Positions 63,400-64,000 of a stretch of 64,000 nt of DNA are shown here, piece by piece. The position numbers were made by a program, and so were the translations under genes. Numbering within the stretch: position 1 is the first letter of the stretch; every line of letters begins with the position of its first letter. The stretch is from Camelus dromedarius (Eukaryota): assembly GCF_036321535.1 (NCBI RefSeq), contig NC_087436.1:13702001-13766000 (forward strand), given 5' to 3'. The notes below the pieces were generated by a model that worked only from the letters and a program-made list of their open reading frames with translations, was not told the DNA's origin and did no database searches.

Positions 63400-63910
63400 A
63401 GGAGTCAAGATCATCGTGTTAATCTCTGCTCAAGAACCTACCATGGCTGCCTAACCGCTAGTCAGGTACACTCCAAGCTCCTGAACCTGGACTTGAGCAA
63501 CTGTCACTTGAACTTGACACACTGATCCCAATCTCTACAACCACACTTCAGCAGACAGGCTGGCTCCCATTTAAAACCTCAGCATACACACCCACGTGAG
63601 GTTCCAGGCCAATGCAAGTCTCTAAGCGGCCCCGCTCTCCCAGGAGCCTTAACAGACCCACCAACACACACAGCTCCTCTCTCCCCTCAGTGTCTACATT
63701 TCAGCACTTGAACACGGCCTTATCTCCCCAACACCACCAAGCTCTCAAAGGTCAGAAACCAAACCCTGTAACTTCTCCCCACTCCCTCTTGACAGTGCCT
63801 CAGGGCCCTTGCATGAGCTATTCTAATTCTCTCGCTGCTTTCAGGGGTTGGCTCAAATATTAAAAACAGGCCCTCTCAAAGAGATCTGCCTTGACCTCTT
63901 AAATTAAAAT
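63400..63910 (+). mobile_element. L2 fragment
   Basis: ctctgctcaagaacctaccatggc ... cctcagggcccttgcatgagctattc. Confidence 0.45.
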
Positions 63911-64000
63911 CAAAACTCGTATCAACCGAGTCTTCCTCCAGTCTGCTACCACACAGTCCTGATGCCCTTGTAACAGACTATGTAACTCACAACTGGGTCT

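Larger units (their letters stand above)
60662..64000 (-). other. TMEM131L: Intron upstream of the exon (TMEM131L intron 2, partial)
   Basis: Ends in a pyrimidine tract plus TAG at 60664-60662. The preceding exon ([24 protein letters not shown]-like) was not found in the window. Confidence 0.7.

Noticed and set aside
1..64000. CRISPR arrays, operons, defence systems or other prokaryote-type systems
   Set aside because: The sequence is mammalian intronic DNA with no repeat-spacer arrays or gene-dense coding blocks.

Overview
Mammalian genomic DNA, almost certainly from a camelid (camel, alpaca or llama): it carries eight copies of a tRNA-derived SINE matching the camelid vic-1 type and many cetartiodactyl/camelid L1 3' ends. 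The only coding sequence I can support is a 44-nt minus-strand exon at 60618-60661 (GDSEEDMEDHSQEQ-S). It matches, from recalled sequence, an early exon (exon 3) of TMEM131L/KIAA0922, so positions 1-60617 are very likely one long intron of that gene. The rest is ordinary intronic repeat content (L1, L2, MIR, CR1/L3, MaLR/ERVL/ERV1 LTRs, Tigger and MER5 DNA elements) plus a few repeat-poor stretches that look regulatory. The other ORFs in the track are chance ORFs or L1 ORF2 remnants. I see no new biological system. The best leads are: a young L1 with a 3' transduction nested in an older L1's target-site duplication (TSD); a 3'UTR-like polyadenylated insert flanked by a ~77-bp duplication; an ERV1 solo LTR where a tandem duplication creates a STAT/GAS motif; a twin-primed L1; and several cryptic or micro-exon candidates. 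Repeat family names and the gene call come from recalled consensus sequences, not from a search, and boundaries of old repeats are approximate.
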